Both the position numbers and the translations under genes were made by a program. From Caecitellus pseudoparvulus (lineage: Eukaryota; Protista; Bigyra: Bicosoecida), in the NCBI GenBank assembly GCA_965644315.1, contig CBFFRQ010000092.1:1-64000 (forward strand): 64,000 nt of DNA, in the 5' to 3' direction. Of this stretch, positions 1-11,527 are shown piece by piece. The notes below the pieces were generated by a model. It was not told the DNA's origin and ran no database searches. It saw only the letters and a list, made by a program, of their open reading frames with translations. Numbering within the stretch: the first letter of the stretch is position 1; every line of letters begins with the position of its first letter.

Positions 1-393
1 ATTGGCACAGGCATAGCGAAAGGCGAATTCTGGATCGCTGCCGAAACCCTCGTGCACATTCACCGCAGCTTCTCCTGTCACAGCCAACAGCTCACGTACT
101 GCACCTACGTGCCCACCCCCACATGCCGCTACAAGGGCCTTATCGAAAATGCCGTGCCAACCATATATCACCTCCTGAACTTCGCCGATCACCTCCCTCA
201 ACAAGTACACTTCACCCGCCCGACAGGCTTCCACGGCTGCAACAGCAAGGTCATCCGGCTCCAATGCCCACAGGTTCGCATTGCCCGACTCATAATCTTC
301 CTTCAGCAGTGCCAGCAGACATGCCGCATCATTCGCCATGCGACCTTCACGCCAACGACGCAGCCAGGTGCCGCCACTGCCACCATATGCCAT
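1..393 (-). CDS. Ankyrin-like repeat protein, 5' part (runs off left edge)
   Basis: Manual translation from ATG at 393: MAYGGSGG...FDKALVAACGGGHVGAVRELLAVTGEAAVNVHEGFGSDPEFAFRYACAN; same repeat type as the other family members; absent from the ORF track because it has no stop in the window. Confidence 0.8.
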   Translation of the reverse strand, partial: MAYGGSGGTWLRRWREGRMANDAACLLALLKEDYESGNANLWALEPDDLAVAAVEACRAGEVYLLREVIGEVQEVIYGWHGIFDKALVAACGGGHVGAVRELLAVTGEAAVNVHEGFGSDPEFAFRYACAN

Positions 394-708
394 GGTGTGG
401 CGGATCCAGTTTCCGCACACACTCCCCAACACTCCTCCCCGCATGAGACGCTTGTATCCTAGCTGCACTCAAAAGTGCAACTGCAGCGATATGAATGTTC
501 ATGCTCACGTGCTTCGCCGAAGCCTGTCGCTGTCCGAGATGATTTGTCGCAAGACAGCACTCTCGCGACGGCACACAGCTGGCTCTCCCTCTTCCCCACA
601 ATCTGGCTCCTCAGCACCAGCCGCCACAGGCACACCCGACACACATGAGCAGCGCCCCGCTCTCCACTCTACTCCAACACCCAGGACACAGCTGGCCCTG
701 CCCCGCCA

Positions 709-2002
709 TCACCTGGCAGTGCCCGCACGAAGCAGCACCATGTTCCTTCGGCCCGTCTTCAGCGAGCTGCCCTGCCACACAGCGTCCCCTCGCAGGGATC
801 GCAGTCGTGCGATGAAGTCTTGTTCAGCTGCTTCGCCTGCATCCCGTACCTCGGCCAGGGCGTCCGCTTTCAGCGCTGCAGCGGCGCCGGCCAGCCCGAG
901 CAGCAGGCGCAGGGACGCATCGTGTGACTTCTTCAGGGCAGTGGTGAGCAGGTCCGCTGCCTGGTCATGAAATGCCCAGCAGTCTGTGCCCCATTCCGTC
1001 AGCAGCAGCAGCAGCGTGTCGGCTGAGCCGCTCGACCAGGCGGCTCGGAGCGCAAAGTCCTTGTCCACCTCAGCGGCTTGGGGAAGCGTCAAGAGCAGCG
1101 CCACTGTCTCTGGGTTGCCGCACATGCACGCACTCAACACAGCCTTGGCCACGGTGGGCGCTGGCCACGTCACGCTCTGCTCCAGCAGCAGCTGCACCAG
1201 CTCCGCACTGCCTGCCAAGGCGGCGTTTTCAAGGGAAGACCGCAGAGTGCCTTGACCGTCCGCCAGCACATACACGCGGAAGTCCCCACGCAGGGCCAGC
1301 AACTCACGCACCACGTCAACGTGGCCCCCTGCACAAGCCAGCAGGAATGGCCGGTCTCCCCGCTTGTTGGGCTTCAGCCGCAGGGGCCTGGTGTGGGCCA
1401 GCAGTGCTCGCACCACCTCCACGTGCCCATACTGACACGCCAACTCGAAGCCGATCTGCACCATTTGGGGGCGCGGCGGGGGCACCGCCGGGCGAGCGGC
1501 CAGCAGCTCCCGCACCACGCCAGCGTGGCCTCGCAAACACAGGGCTAAAAAGATGTTGTCAGGAATGCTCACGCCGACTGATGCTAGGGATGGGACCAAC
1601 TCCTTCAGCACGTCGACATCGTCCCCCTTGCAGGCAGACACTGCTGCCTCGGACAGGGACGTTTTGTCGAGAGCACCTGGAGCAGCGCTGCACAGCAGCT
1701 CTCGCACCACGCCAGCGTGTCCATGCTGCACTGCTCGCATGAGGGCCGAAGGCAGGCTCGCCAACAACTCTACCCCGCTCATTTTCGCTATGAGCGGTCC
1801 TACCGCTGTCACCACGCCTGTCTCTGCTGCGGTGAACAGTGCGTCCGAAAGAGACTCGAAGTCTGCGCAGGGTGGGGAACGCAAGCGAAACGCGTGTCCA
1901 ACGGGCTCCAGAAGCGCTCCATGCAGCCTCTGCCGACAGGTGCGTGCATTTGCTCATGAAGCCACACGCACTATCACTCTCTCCGCCAGTTGAGGCCGCC
2001 AT
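709..2002 (-). CDS. Ankyrin-like repeat protein with C-terminal RGDAxWxG..R..VLLRA motif
   Basis: ORF 709-1884 with repeated ACxxGHxxVVRELL units; micro-exon MAASTGGESD (ATG 2002) joined by a phase-1 GTGCGT..GCAG intron to NFESLSDALF. Confidence 0.8.
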
Positions 2003-2301
2003 CTGCTCTCGGGGTCGGTGGAGGACGTGTTTCCTTAGCAAGCGTGTTGCTTGAGCTGCAACGACAATCACACTCCAGAGGGAGCAGCTGCAAGTGCAAT
2101 TCAAGGCACCGAGCCAAAAACGGAAGTTCAAACTCCAGTACCATCGTACTTCGCTGCACGATTTTGTTTGCAGGGAGTGGTGCGCTCTTGACCTGCGCGG
2201 CTGGCTGCGGGGCATTGCACCAGCAGGAGCTTTCCCTGCACAGCCCGTGCTGCTTCGCATCGGTGCAAGCGGCTCGTCACCCGCGCCTGCTCGCCTAGAT
2301 C

Positions 2302-3852
2302 ATGGATTCAAGCGATGCCCAAATTCTTTCCCTGTTGCAGCGGGTGCAGCACCAACTCCAGGAGCTGGAGCAGGCGAGCAGCGTTTCACAAAGCGGAGTT
2401 TCGACCAAGGCGCCGGCAACGTTGGACACTCGCCCGCCGCCAGAGAGCCTTGGCAGCAGCGCGCGAGCATCCCCAGGCACGTGCAGCACTACATCCAGTG
2501 TGCGCAGGCGGCGCAGCCTGTTCGACAGCACCGAGGCGTCTCGCCAGCGCAGCGCCTCGGCTGGGCGGCAACGGCAGCAGGCTCAGCGCGCCAGCTCCGC
2601 AGCGAATGAGGAGGGTGCCTTGTCCATGGTGCACTCGCCACAGCAGGTGCGCCGGCGGTCCCTTGCGGCAGCCAAGGTCATGCAGGGGCATGGTGACGTG
2701 GAGGACCACCTCCTGGTCTCACACGCCAGTGGGCGGACGCCGCCTCCACGCCGCTCGCCACGGTGCGCCAGCGGCCTGCCACGCCCCACGCTGAGCGCTC
2801 GCACACACAGTTCTGGCAGCATTGGCAGCACGCACAGCCGGAAGAGGGCGGGGGCTGAGCAGCCAAAGCAAAGTACACAGACTGTAGAGGCCCCTGATGC
2901 TCAGAAGGGCGGCAGTGGTGCGCTGCGGCAGACTTCGCGGCGGCGAAAGCGTGTTGCTACAAATTGGCCGCAGGCAGCGGCGGACGCGGCGGCACAGGCT
3001 GCGCTGGTGGAGAGCGTGCGGCACCTGCCGCCTGCTTTTCAACAGGCTGTGGTGGCGCGATTCAAGCCTGGCAGTGGTGCTTTTGCCGCCGCCTCTGCTG
3101 CCGTCGCACAAGCGCACAGCCAGGAGTCTCAACTGCAGCACACTGCGTTGCAGCGGTGGGGCGTGGCGCCCCCTCCCGCCGCTGACGAGAAGACGCAGGG
3201 CATCCAGCACACACAACCCGCAGAGGAAGTTGCAAAGCCGAAGCGCAGGGGGAGTTGGGCGAGTGTGAAGAGTGCGGTGCGGGCGCCAGTGCTGCCCACC
3301 CAGCGTGCGGCGGGATCTCTGCATTCCCACGTTCGGCGCATGGCCACAGCACAGAGCAGCGCCGAGGCGAAAGCGGAGCCTACGTGGCGCACAGGTGCCG
3401 GGTGGACTGGCAAGCCAACGCAGCCGGCGCCCTTCCAGCTGAGCGCCAGCAACCGCGCCCGGCCACAGCCGCCCAAACCCAGGCCGCGCGCGACGAATTC
3501 CGCAGCCATGGCACGCCTGCACCGGGGACTCAGCTCGCGGCCTCGACAGCGGCAAGCGCGTGCAGCACAGCCCGTCACGCCGTCACACTCAGCCATGAAA
3601 GCCGAAGCCAGCTCGGCGCGGAAGCAGCGCGGACGGCCTGCGTCGCCTCCGCAGGCTGCGCTGGCGGAGACAACGCAGCAGGCAGCAGCGCCCCTCGTGG
3701 CGGTGCCATCAGTGCAGCAGCAGGATGACACTGTGCTCAGCTTGGCCAGCTCCTCTTCATCTGTGTCTGGTGGCGGGGGCGTGTCCCAGGCTGACGCTGC
3801 GGCCATGTCTGTGCTGGACGGTGTGCTGTCTTCTGCCATCTTCAGCCAGTGA
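2302..3852 (+). CDS. Low-complexity basic protein with a TPX2/FAM161-like TxPxPFxL motif
   Basis: 516-aa ORF, short N-terminal coiled coil, KPTQPAPFQLSASNR motif; function is a guess. Confidence 0.5.
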   Translation: MDSSDAQILSLLQRVQHQLQELEQASSVSQSGVSTKAPATLDTRPPPESLGSSARASPGTCSTTSSVRRRRSLFDSTEASRQRSASAGRQRQQAQRASSAANEEGALSMVHSPQQVRRRSLAAAKVMQGHGDVEDHLLVSHASGRTPPPRRSPRCASGLPRPTLSARTHSSGSIGSTHSRKRAGAEQPKQSTQTVEAPDAQKGGSGALRQTSRRRKRVATNWPQAAADAAAQAALVESVRHLPPAFQQAVVARFKPGSGAFAAASAAVAQAHSQESQLQHTALQRWGVAPPPAADEKTQGIQHTQPAEEVAKPKRRGSWASVKSAVRAPVLPTQRAAGSLHSHVRRMATAQSSAEAKAEPTWRTGAGWTGKPTQPAPFQLSASNRARPQPPKPRPRATNSAAMARLHRGLSSRPRQRQARAAQPVTPSHSAMKAEASSARKQRGRPASPPQAALAETTQQAAAPLVAVPSVQQQDDTVLSLASSSSSVSGGGGVSQADAAAMSVLDGVLSSAIFSQ

Positions 3853-4052
3853 AGCGCACCCCCCTCGCACCCCGGGGATGGCGCAAGCTCAAGCGAGGCA
3901 TGGATGGCAAACTTCCCCAGCCACTATTAATTTACAAAAATACCCCACTCGTTCCTCACGTCCCGCTCAGCCTGCTGCACCGTGCCCGAGCTGAGCGACG
4001 GCAGCAACCCAACACGCCAACCGTTCCCTGCCAGTACAGCAGTTGCGACGCC

Positions 4053-7003
4053 ATGGCCAGCATCAGCGACGAGGTGAAGGCCGAGCTGGCAGCAGCTGCA
4101 GCAGGCCTGCGCGAAGCCGGCCTGGCTGACAAGGTGTACCGTGACGAGTGTGTCGTCAGCTTCACCCTGCCGCAGCATGCCGGCGGGCTGTACACAAACC
4201 TGTCCACTTTCCGCTCCTACGCGCGGGAGTACTTGGCAGCAGACGTGGCGGCCAGCGGGTGCAAGGTGTACCTGCACCAGCACTGGGTGAAAGTCCCCAA
4301 GGAGACCCCCTCCCACATCGAAGACGCTGCCGTCGTGTCCTCTGGCGGCGCCGCCAAAGTCACCGACACCGGAGCGGAGGTGTACAGCTTCGAGGATGAC
4401 TGGGAGTGGCGCAAGGACTACTCCCTGCACCTGCCTGCGTCGGGGACGACGGTGCCGTACAGTGAAGCCGACACGCCAGAGGCGTTGGCGAAGGTGGTCA
4501 AGTCCGTCCTGCAGCACGACGACGCCTTCCGTGCTGCGGAAATCGCCTCGGCCAAGGTGCAATTCGAGACTCGGGTGCGTGGCCTCGCTGCCGGGTTAGC
4601 CTCATATCCTCCGTCCAGAACAGCCCTGGCACACTGCCCCTGCCGTCCTCGCAGGAGACCAAGTACGCAGACACGCTCATACACGTGGAGGGCGCCCCTC
4701 AGGTGAGCGGGGACCCGTCGAACTGGGCCTGTGCCACCTGTGGCCTGAAGCAGAACCTGTGGCTGAACTTGTCCGACGGCTTCATCGGCTGCGGGCGCAA
4801 GCAGGACGGCGGCGAGGAGGGCTATTCCCACGCCCTGGAGCACTACAACCAGACGGGTGGCCTGTACCCTCTGGCTGTGAAGCTGGGCACCATCACGCCT
4901 GACGGCCGCGCCGACGTGTACAGCTACGCGCCAGACGAGGACGACATGGTGCTGGACCCCAAGCTGGCGGAGCACCTGCTGCGCTGGGGCATTGACATGA
5001 CCGCGCAGCGCAAGACTGCCAAGCGCATGGGCGAGTTGAACATGGACCTGAACCAACTGGCCGAGCTGGCGAGTATTACGGAGGGGGGGCGCAAGCACAC
5101 CACCCTGGTGGGCGCGGGGTACGTCGGTCTGCGCAACCTCGGCAACTCCTGCTACATGAACTCCCTCTTCCAGGTGCTCATGAGCACGCCAGAGTTCCAG
5201 CACGCCCTGCTGCCGGGACACAGCCCCCCCGGCCCCGGCGCCGGACAGGCCTCCACCGCCAGCTACGAGGCTGCCGCCAAGGCTGAGCTGTTCACGTCGG
5301 CCATTGCCGCGGGCAGTGCCCCGACAGACCTCATTACACAGCTGCGCAAGCTGGCAGTGGGCATGCTCACGCCACGCAACATCAGCTCGGCAGCAGCAGA
5401 GGCGGCTGTAGCGCATGCCACCGCCGCCAAGGCCGCTGGCAGCATCTCAGGGGAGCCCGATGACCCTGTGGAGGTGGCCCGTCGCGCAGTGGGGGATGCC
5501 GCGGAGGAGGACGCTATCGGGCCCCGTCAACTACGGGCCGTGGTGGGTGGCTCGCATCCCGAGTTCAGCAGCAACCGGCAGCAAGATGTGGCGGAGTACT
5601 TTGAGCACTTCCTGGAGGTGCTGGGCAAGGCAGAGAAGGCGGCTGGCCCGTGGGCGGCCGGACCTGGCGCGGCAGGGGCGGCGGCAGAGGGGGGCGCGGC
5701 GGAGGGCGCAGCAGCCCCCCTGCCGCCGTCCCTTGCGCGTATGTTCAGCCTGGCGACGCAGAACCGCAAGGTGGACGATTCCACGGGCAAGGTGCGGTAC
5801 GTGGACCAGGAGACGACGTGGCTGCAGCTGCCCATCCCCCTGGAGGCCGCCACCAACCCCGAGGAGGTGGCCGCGTACGAGGCGAAGCGGGCGGCCCAAG
5901 AAGAGATCAGGGCAGCTCGGGAAGCCGCCAAGAAGGCAGCGGAGGGCGGCGACACCGGCTCAGAGGAGGCCAAGCACGACGACAAGCGGCCCCGGACAGA
6001 GGGCGCTGAGGACGTCGCCGCCCTGGCTGCGAAGCTGGGTGTGGACCCCGACGCCAAGCTGGAGGTGGTGGTGCCGAAGGTGCCCTTCCAGGCGTGCCTG
6101 GACGCCTGGGCGGCGCCAGAGGTGATCCAGGGCTTCAAGTCCCCCGACACGGGCGCGGTGGGCACGGCAACCTCCACAGTGCGCCTGGCCACCATGCCAC
6201 GGTACCTGGTGCTGACCATGCGCCGGTACATGGTTGGGGACAACTGGCAGCCCATCAAGATCACCGCCGATGTGCCGCTGCCTGAGGAGCTGGACCTGGA
6301 GCCCTTTCGGGGCAAGGGTCTGGCGGAGGGGGAGGTGGAGATGGCCGAGGGTGGTGGGGAGGCCGCCGCTGCCCCTGAGCCCAGCCCAGACATCGTCGCG
6401 GCCTGCTGCGGCATGGGCTTCAGCGAGAACGCGGGCAAGCGCGCGGCACTGGCAGTGAGCAACTCCAGCGCCGATGAGGCTGTCATGTGGATCATGGGGC
6501 ACATGGACGACCCTGACTTGAACGACCCACTGCCACCTCCCGGCGCCGCTGCCGACGCGGCCAGTGGGCCCACCTTCCCCGCCGAGGGCGTCATGATGCT
6601 GACCAGCATGGGCTTCCCCGAGGACGCCGTGAAGAAGGCGCTGTGGGAGTGCAAGATGGACGTGGAGCGCGCCAGCGACTGGCTGCTGTCCAACATGGAC
6701 CAGCTGGGCAGCATGGACCTGTCCATCGACACGTCTCCCCCCGGCGGCGCCGAGCTGGAAGACGGGCAGGGTAAGTACGAGCTGGTGGGGTTCGTGTCGC
6801 ACCTGGGCCAGACGACAGCGGGCGGGCACTACGTCGCCCACGTCAAGCGTGACGGCCGCTGGGTCTTCTGCAACGACCGGTCCGTGACGCTGTCCCAGGC
6901 GACGCCCTTTGGCCGAGGCTTCCTGTACGTGTACCGTCGCAAGGACGCCCCAGCGCTGGCCAACCAGATCGGCGCGCCAGTGGCCCTCCCAGGCCAGGTG
7001 TGA
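4053..7003 (+). CDS. USP5: Ubiquitin carboxyl-terminal hydrolase 5/13 (isopeptidase T, UBP14)
   Basis: KVYRDEC N-terminus, ZnF-UBP (WLNLSDGFIGCGR..HALEHY), Cys box GLRNLGNSCYMNS, two UBA domains (MGFS, MGFP), His box GHYVAH; intron 4575-4654. Confidence 0.95.
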
Positions 7004-7077
7004 TGTGCCCCTGCGCAGACAGAATGCATTGGACGGAATGAGTGGAAGCATCGGCAGCAGGAGGGGGTGCGGAGGGG

Positions 7078-7659
7078 TCACCCTATCCGCCCTCGCTGCA
7101 GCATGGGGTTCTCACCCAGCACGCGAGTGGAGGAGCCCAGGCCGCCAGTCTCCAGCCGGCTGGTGGCAGAGCCAGGGGGGTCTGTCTCCCACGCCGTGGG
7201 AGACTGTGCGTCGCTGGAGGGTGGCTCCTTGTCCAGGGGATTCAGTTGCCCCATGCCCAGCGCTGTGGGGCGGCGCCACCTGCCACCCACGGCATACGCG
7301 TCCGGCGTGCCGTGCTTGAGGTTGTGCCAGATCCAGTAGATGGCCAGGACACACGTTGCCAGCAGGACCATCACACCCGCCAGTGTGGAGCCGAGCTTCA
7401 GGTTTGGCGGGGAGAAGTGTGGCGTTGTGTCGGTGTCGTTTGCCTCAGCTTGCACCATGCGCAGGCTTCCAAGCGCCAACGCAAGCACCGCCACGATGGT
7501 TTGCGCACTGATCGCGAGAGGGTGGAGTCTCTTTTGATGCTTGTGGGGCCCTTGCGCCAAAACCGGCAGCTTTGGCATGAATGAGGCGCTGAAATGCCAG
7601 GAATGGCAGGAAGACACTGTCGCGGTGCGACGTGTCACGCCGCTGCAGGACCCGTTCAT
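7078..7659 (-). CDS. Hypothetical membrane protein
   Basis: Two hydrophobic stretches (TIVAVLALALGSL; TLAGVMVLLATCVLAIYWIW); start uncertain. Confidence 0.5.
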   Translation of the reverse strand: MNGSCSGVTRRTATVSSCHSWHFSASFMPKLPVLAQGPHKHQKRLHPLAISAQTIVAVLALALGSLRMVQAEANDTDTTPHFSPPNLKLGSTLAGVMVLLATCVLAIYWIWHNLKHGTPDAYAVGGRWRRPTALGMGQLNPLDKEPPSSDAQSPTAWETDPPGSATSRLETGGLGSSTRVLGENPMLQRGRIG

Positions 7660-8176
7660 GGCGAGGGCCGGCGGCGGACCGGACAGCGCACCCAAGCCAG
7701 TGCCAGAAGGGTAGCAGCACACGGCGCTAGTGTGGCTTGCGCCAATCAGGACGCAGTGCAGAAGGTGCGCTGGGAGACTTCCGCAGAGAACCCGCGGTTC
7801 AGGCAGCCGTCCCTGCCACACACTGCCTCGCGTGCCGCGTCTGTGAAAAAGGATGCACACGCACAAGGAGTCTTGAAATGCAGCCAGCAGGTCGAGGTCA
7901 AGCAGGTTAATCCTTTGCTGGGATTTTGCCGGGCATATCTGTGGCACACTTGGATGAGGAGGAGAACAGTGTCTGAAAAGATCCCCCGTATGCACGTGGC
8001 TATTGCTTTTCATCCAAAGTGGCCATTTGTGCCACTCACCACAGTCAACGATACTGCAGAAAACAACGAGCCACAGTATTCACTTTGTGCCCCACGCACA
8101 TGCACTGGCTTGCGCTGCGCTGCGCTGAAAGTGAACCAGCCCTTTTGCGAGTGTCAGGATCAAGTTCCGCAGGAGC

Positions 8177-9451
8177 ATGCAGGCGCTTTTGAAGGGCCCT
8201 GGCCGCCTGCCACTCGCCGCACAAGCGCTGCACCCAGGTGGCAGACTCGACCGCGTCCTCCGTGCCCACTTGCGAGTGTTGCAAGGCGATGGGGTCGTAC
8301 AGCCACTGCCGTGGGCTCTGCTTCACCGCCTCCTTCGACGCCGAGCGCTGCAGGTGGTCTGCGACAGTGGCGCAAGCGTGCTGAAGCCGGGCAGTGCCGT
8401 GCAGCCCAATGCTGGCATCCTCATTGACTGGCGCAGCGGTCTGCACCACGGCTTGGTGCCTGTCGGGCTCGCGTCGGCCCTGGAGGCTTGGCGAGGCGGG
8501 GCGCTGGCTCTGGCAGCGTCCCGGGCGACTGCATGTTTGGGTGGCATGCCCCCGCCCCCCGCGTCGTACGCCGCAGCTGTCTGGTTTGACACGCAGCATG
8601 CACTGCTGCCTGACCCTTTTGCTGCGTTTCTGCGTGATACAGGCGCTGACGTGCTGTCAGCCAGTGACACTCGCGTGTCGCCCCCGGCTTGGGCAGGTAC
8701 CGCGGACGTGGTCCTGCACCGCACGCCTGCGGCGGTGGTCATTAACAAGCCAGCAGGAGTGGCAAGCCACGGCGGGGGAGCAGGACAGGCATGCGTGCCC
8801 GACGCCTTCCCCTGGCTAGAGGCGCAGCACGCGTCGGCATTCCCTTCCCAAGCGGCCGAGCCCGACACTGGCTTTCGGCTGGGCCATCGCCTGGACAGGG
8901 CAGTCTCAGGCGCCATGCTGCTGCCCTTCACTCGAGCCGCCGCCCGGGCGTTCGCAGCAGGCCTGGCCGCGGGGCAGGTGACTAAAGTGTACTTGGGCAT
9001 GACCCTGGGCTGTCCAGCGCTGGCGGGGCGGGTGCGGGATAGGGAGGGCTGGTACCGAGTGGACGGGGAGCAAGGCAGTCTCACCAAGGTGCGGGTCCTG
9101 GACCGCGTGCAAGTGCAGGGGGGCAAGCTGGCCACAGTGCTGGCCCTGCAGCCAGTGACAGGGCGAAAGCACCAGCTGCGCGTTGCATGTGCTGGGCTGG
9201 GCAGTCCGCTGTGGGGGGATGCGAAGTACGGGGGAGGGGGTGCACCCGGCCTGCATCGGGGGGCCATCGCACTGCACTCTGCACTGCTGGCATGGGGTGG
9301 AGGGGGCGAGGTGGGTCGCATGTGCATTACTGCGCCCCTTCCGCCACACTTGGCCCGGTGCCTCCCCGACCAGAGTCCGACTCAGCAGGCTCTGCAGGCT
9401 CTGCGCCGTCAACTGCAGGCAACCCCAGCTCGCCCTGCCCACCCCCAGTGA
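8177..9451 (+). CDS. RluA/RluD-family RNA pseudouridine synthase, probably organellar
   Basis: VINKPAG, catalytic HRLD, KVYLG, PVTGRKHQLRV, GDAKYG and LHSALL motifs. Confidence 0.9.
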   Translation: MQALLKGPGRLPLAAQALHPGGRLDRVLRAHLRVLQGDGVVQPLPWALLHRLLRRRALQVVCDSGASVLKPGSAVQPNAGILIDWRSGLHHGLVPVGLASALEAWRGGALALAASRATACLGGMPPPPASYAAAVWFDTQHALLPDPFAAFLRDTGADVLSASDTRVSPPAWAGTADVVLHRTPAAVVINKPAGVASHGGGAGQACVPDAFPWLEAQHASAFPSQAAEPDTGFRLGHRLDRAVSGAMLLPFTRAAARAFAAGLAAGQVTKVYLGMTLGCPALAGRVRDREGWYRVDGEQGSLTKVRVLDRVQVQGGKLATVLALQPVTGRKHQLRVACAGLGSPLWGDAKYGGGGAPGLHRGAIALHSALLAWGGGGEVGRMCITAPLPPHLARCLPDQSPTQQALQALRRQLQATPARPAHPQ

Positions 9452-11089
9452 GCCGGGCGTACTTCTCCACGTGCCCTCCGCGCGGCAAGGTGCCTGACAG
9501 GGCGTGGGCCCATGTGACCTCAGAGGGGGCCTCACCGCCGTCCACTCGCCAGATGAGGAGCAACGCCACCACCGCGCCCAGCGCCATGGCGGCCGCAGCT
9601 GCCGTGTACGCCCCCGCAAAGCAGTGCACACCGTGGCACAAGCGCACCTCTGTCCCGTCTGGCTCTGTCCCTGACGTCTCGTGGGGTGCCTGCACCGCAG
9701 AGGCAATGGCCGTGAAGGCCACGGAGCCGATGCCCACGGCTGAGTTGAGGGCTGTGAAGGCGGTCCCGGCGCCTGTCGCGTCAAACCAGGAGTGCGCCAC
9801 GACTGGCCACGTGAAAATGAGGCCCTCCCCTGCTCCGACGAGGCCGGAGCCCAGCAGGAGCCGTGTCCGCGCTGCTGGACAGATGGAGCCCGAGGCACAG
9901 TCTGCTAGGGAGGGCGGGGTGGACGCGAAGATGGCCATGGCAACGATGCCGATGGCGCAGCCCACCACCTGCACCCACAAGCGCGAGTGCCCTCGCGCGT
10001 GCAGGAGGTCGGACGCCGTGCCCCCCACCAGGCGGAAACCCACGTTGCAGACTGCGAACGTGACGACGCCAGTGGAGGTAAGGGCGGAGCTGTCCTTGGC
10101 CTGGGGCCCGGCGTCCCCCGTGGCGCCGGCCATGGCGTCCACGACGCTGCCCAGCGTGTTCACGAACATGAGGGCTGAGCCCAGGCCCAAGAACACTAGG
10201 AGCCACATGCCCAGGAACCCCGGTCGGGCCAGGGTCCGGAGGGTGTCCATGGTGGAGGCGGCAGGCAGCGGTGCGGGGGCGCCACGCCCCTGCTCGGGGT
10301 CTGTCTCGGCCTCGCGTGTCTGGTCGCCCATGGACACGGGCATGATGCCGGGGGGCGGCGTGCGCCCACACAGGCACTGGGTGCGGATGGCCAGCGAGGC
10401 GGCTGCTTTGGCCGCCAGGGCGAGGGCCATCACCACCAGCACCTGGAAGAACTCTGCGGGGTCTCCATGGAAGCCAGTGTGGTAGATGAAGGCGCAGACG
10501 GCAGCGGAGCCTGCGAAGCCCGCCAGCACCGTCCCCCCCACACGCCCCTTCCAGGCCGGGTTGGGCAGCAGCGCCACGGCAGCTGTCCAGGAAGACAGGA
10601 ACGCCAACACACAGCCATGCCCCAGCACGAGGAATGCAAAGGCTGCAATCCAGTCCTTGTTGGGCGGCGAGGCGACCACTGTGTGGTACAGTGTCGCGTA
10701 GCCGACGGCGATGAGCGCGCCAGCGCAGCCCAACCCCAGCGCAGCACCGAATCGGTCCACCAACCAGCCATTGTACACAGACACGTCTGCGGAGGGGGGA
10801 GGTGGGGAGCAAGGGGTGGCAGGGCGTGCAAGGGGCCAGTGCTGTCTCGGCACGCAGTGCTCGCTGGGCGAATGCACGAACATGTTCCTAGGTTCCCTGC
10901 AGCGCCCAGCAGCGGCACTGGGAGCTGGTGGCCGAAGCCAGCGCCTTTGAGGCCCTGCGCCACACTGGAAAACGCGTACAGCGAGCCGGCCGGGAGCTGC
11001 ATGGTGATGAGGCCCATAAGTACAAGTAGGTAGCCACACAGGTCCATCGGGGACTGCTTGGCAGGGCCGCTAGGGCCAGGGGATGCCAT
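9327..11089 (-). CDS. MFS transporter, nodulin-like/MCH1 type
   Basis: GSLYAFS TM1, GWLVDRFG motif A, GFRLVGGTASD repeat, about 12 hydrophobic segments; one intron near 10790-10880. Confidence 0.85.
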
Positions 11090-11527
11090 GGCAACTGTTG
11101 CTGTCAACTTCCGCAAGGAATACCCCGACAAGCACCCCTCCCACTCCACAGCCTGACCAGCCGCAGGCAAGACAGGGGCGGAGAGGTATCCAGCTTGAAT
11201 GTACGAGGATCGAGGGGGGTGAAGTACGGCGGCGGATTTGGCTGGCGCCGTGGATTGAGGCGCTTGCAATTCCACCCACACGGACTTGAAGCGCGGCCCG
11301 TCAGCCATGTCGGTGCACGGGCCAAATTGCTTGGCCTGCAGCGCACCTGTGAAGGGAATGTGTAATCCAGAGCTGGATTCGTTTCCGTGGGTGCCTTGTG
11401 GACGTGTCGTGTGGCAGCGACAGCCGGGCAGAAGGCCGCAAACTCTGCGGTATTTGCTTGGTACACCACCGCCCTTTCGGGAGAGCTCCAGCGCCCGGGG
11501 CCCGCTCCAGGCACAGTCAGCGGCGCC

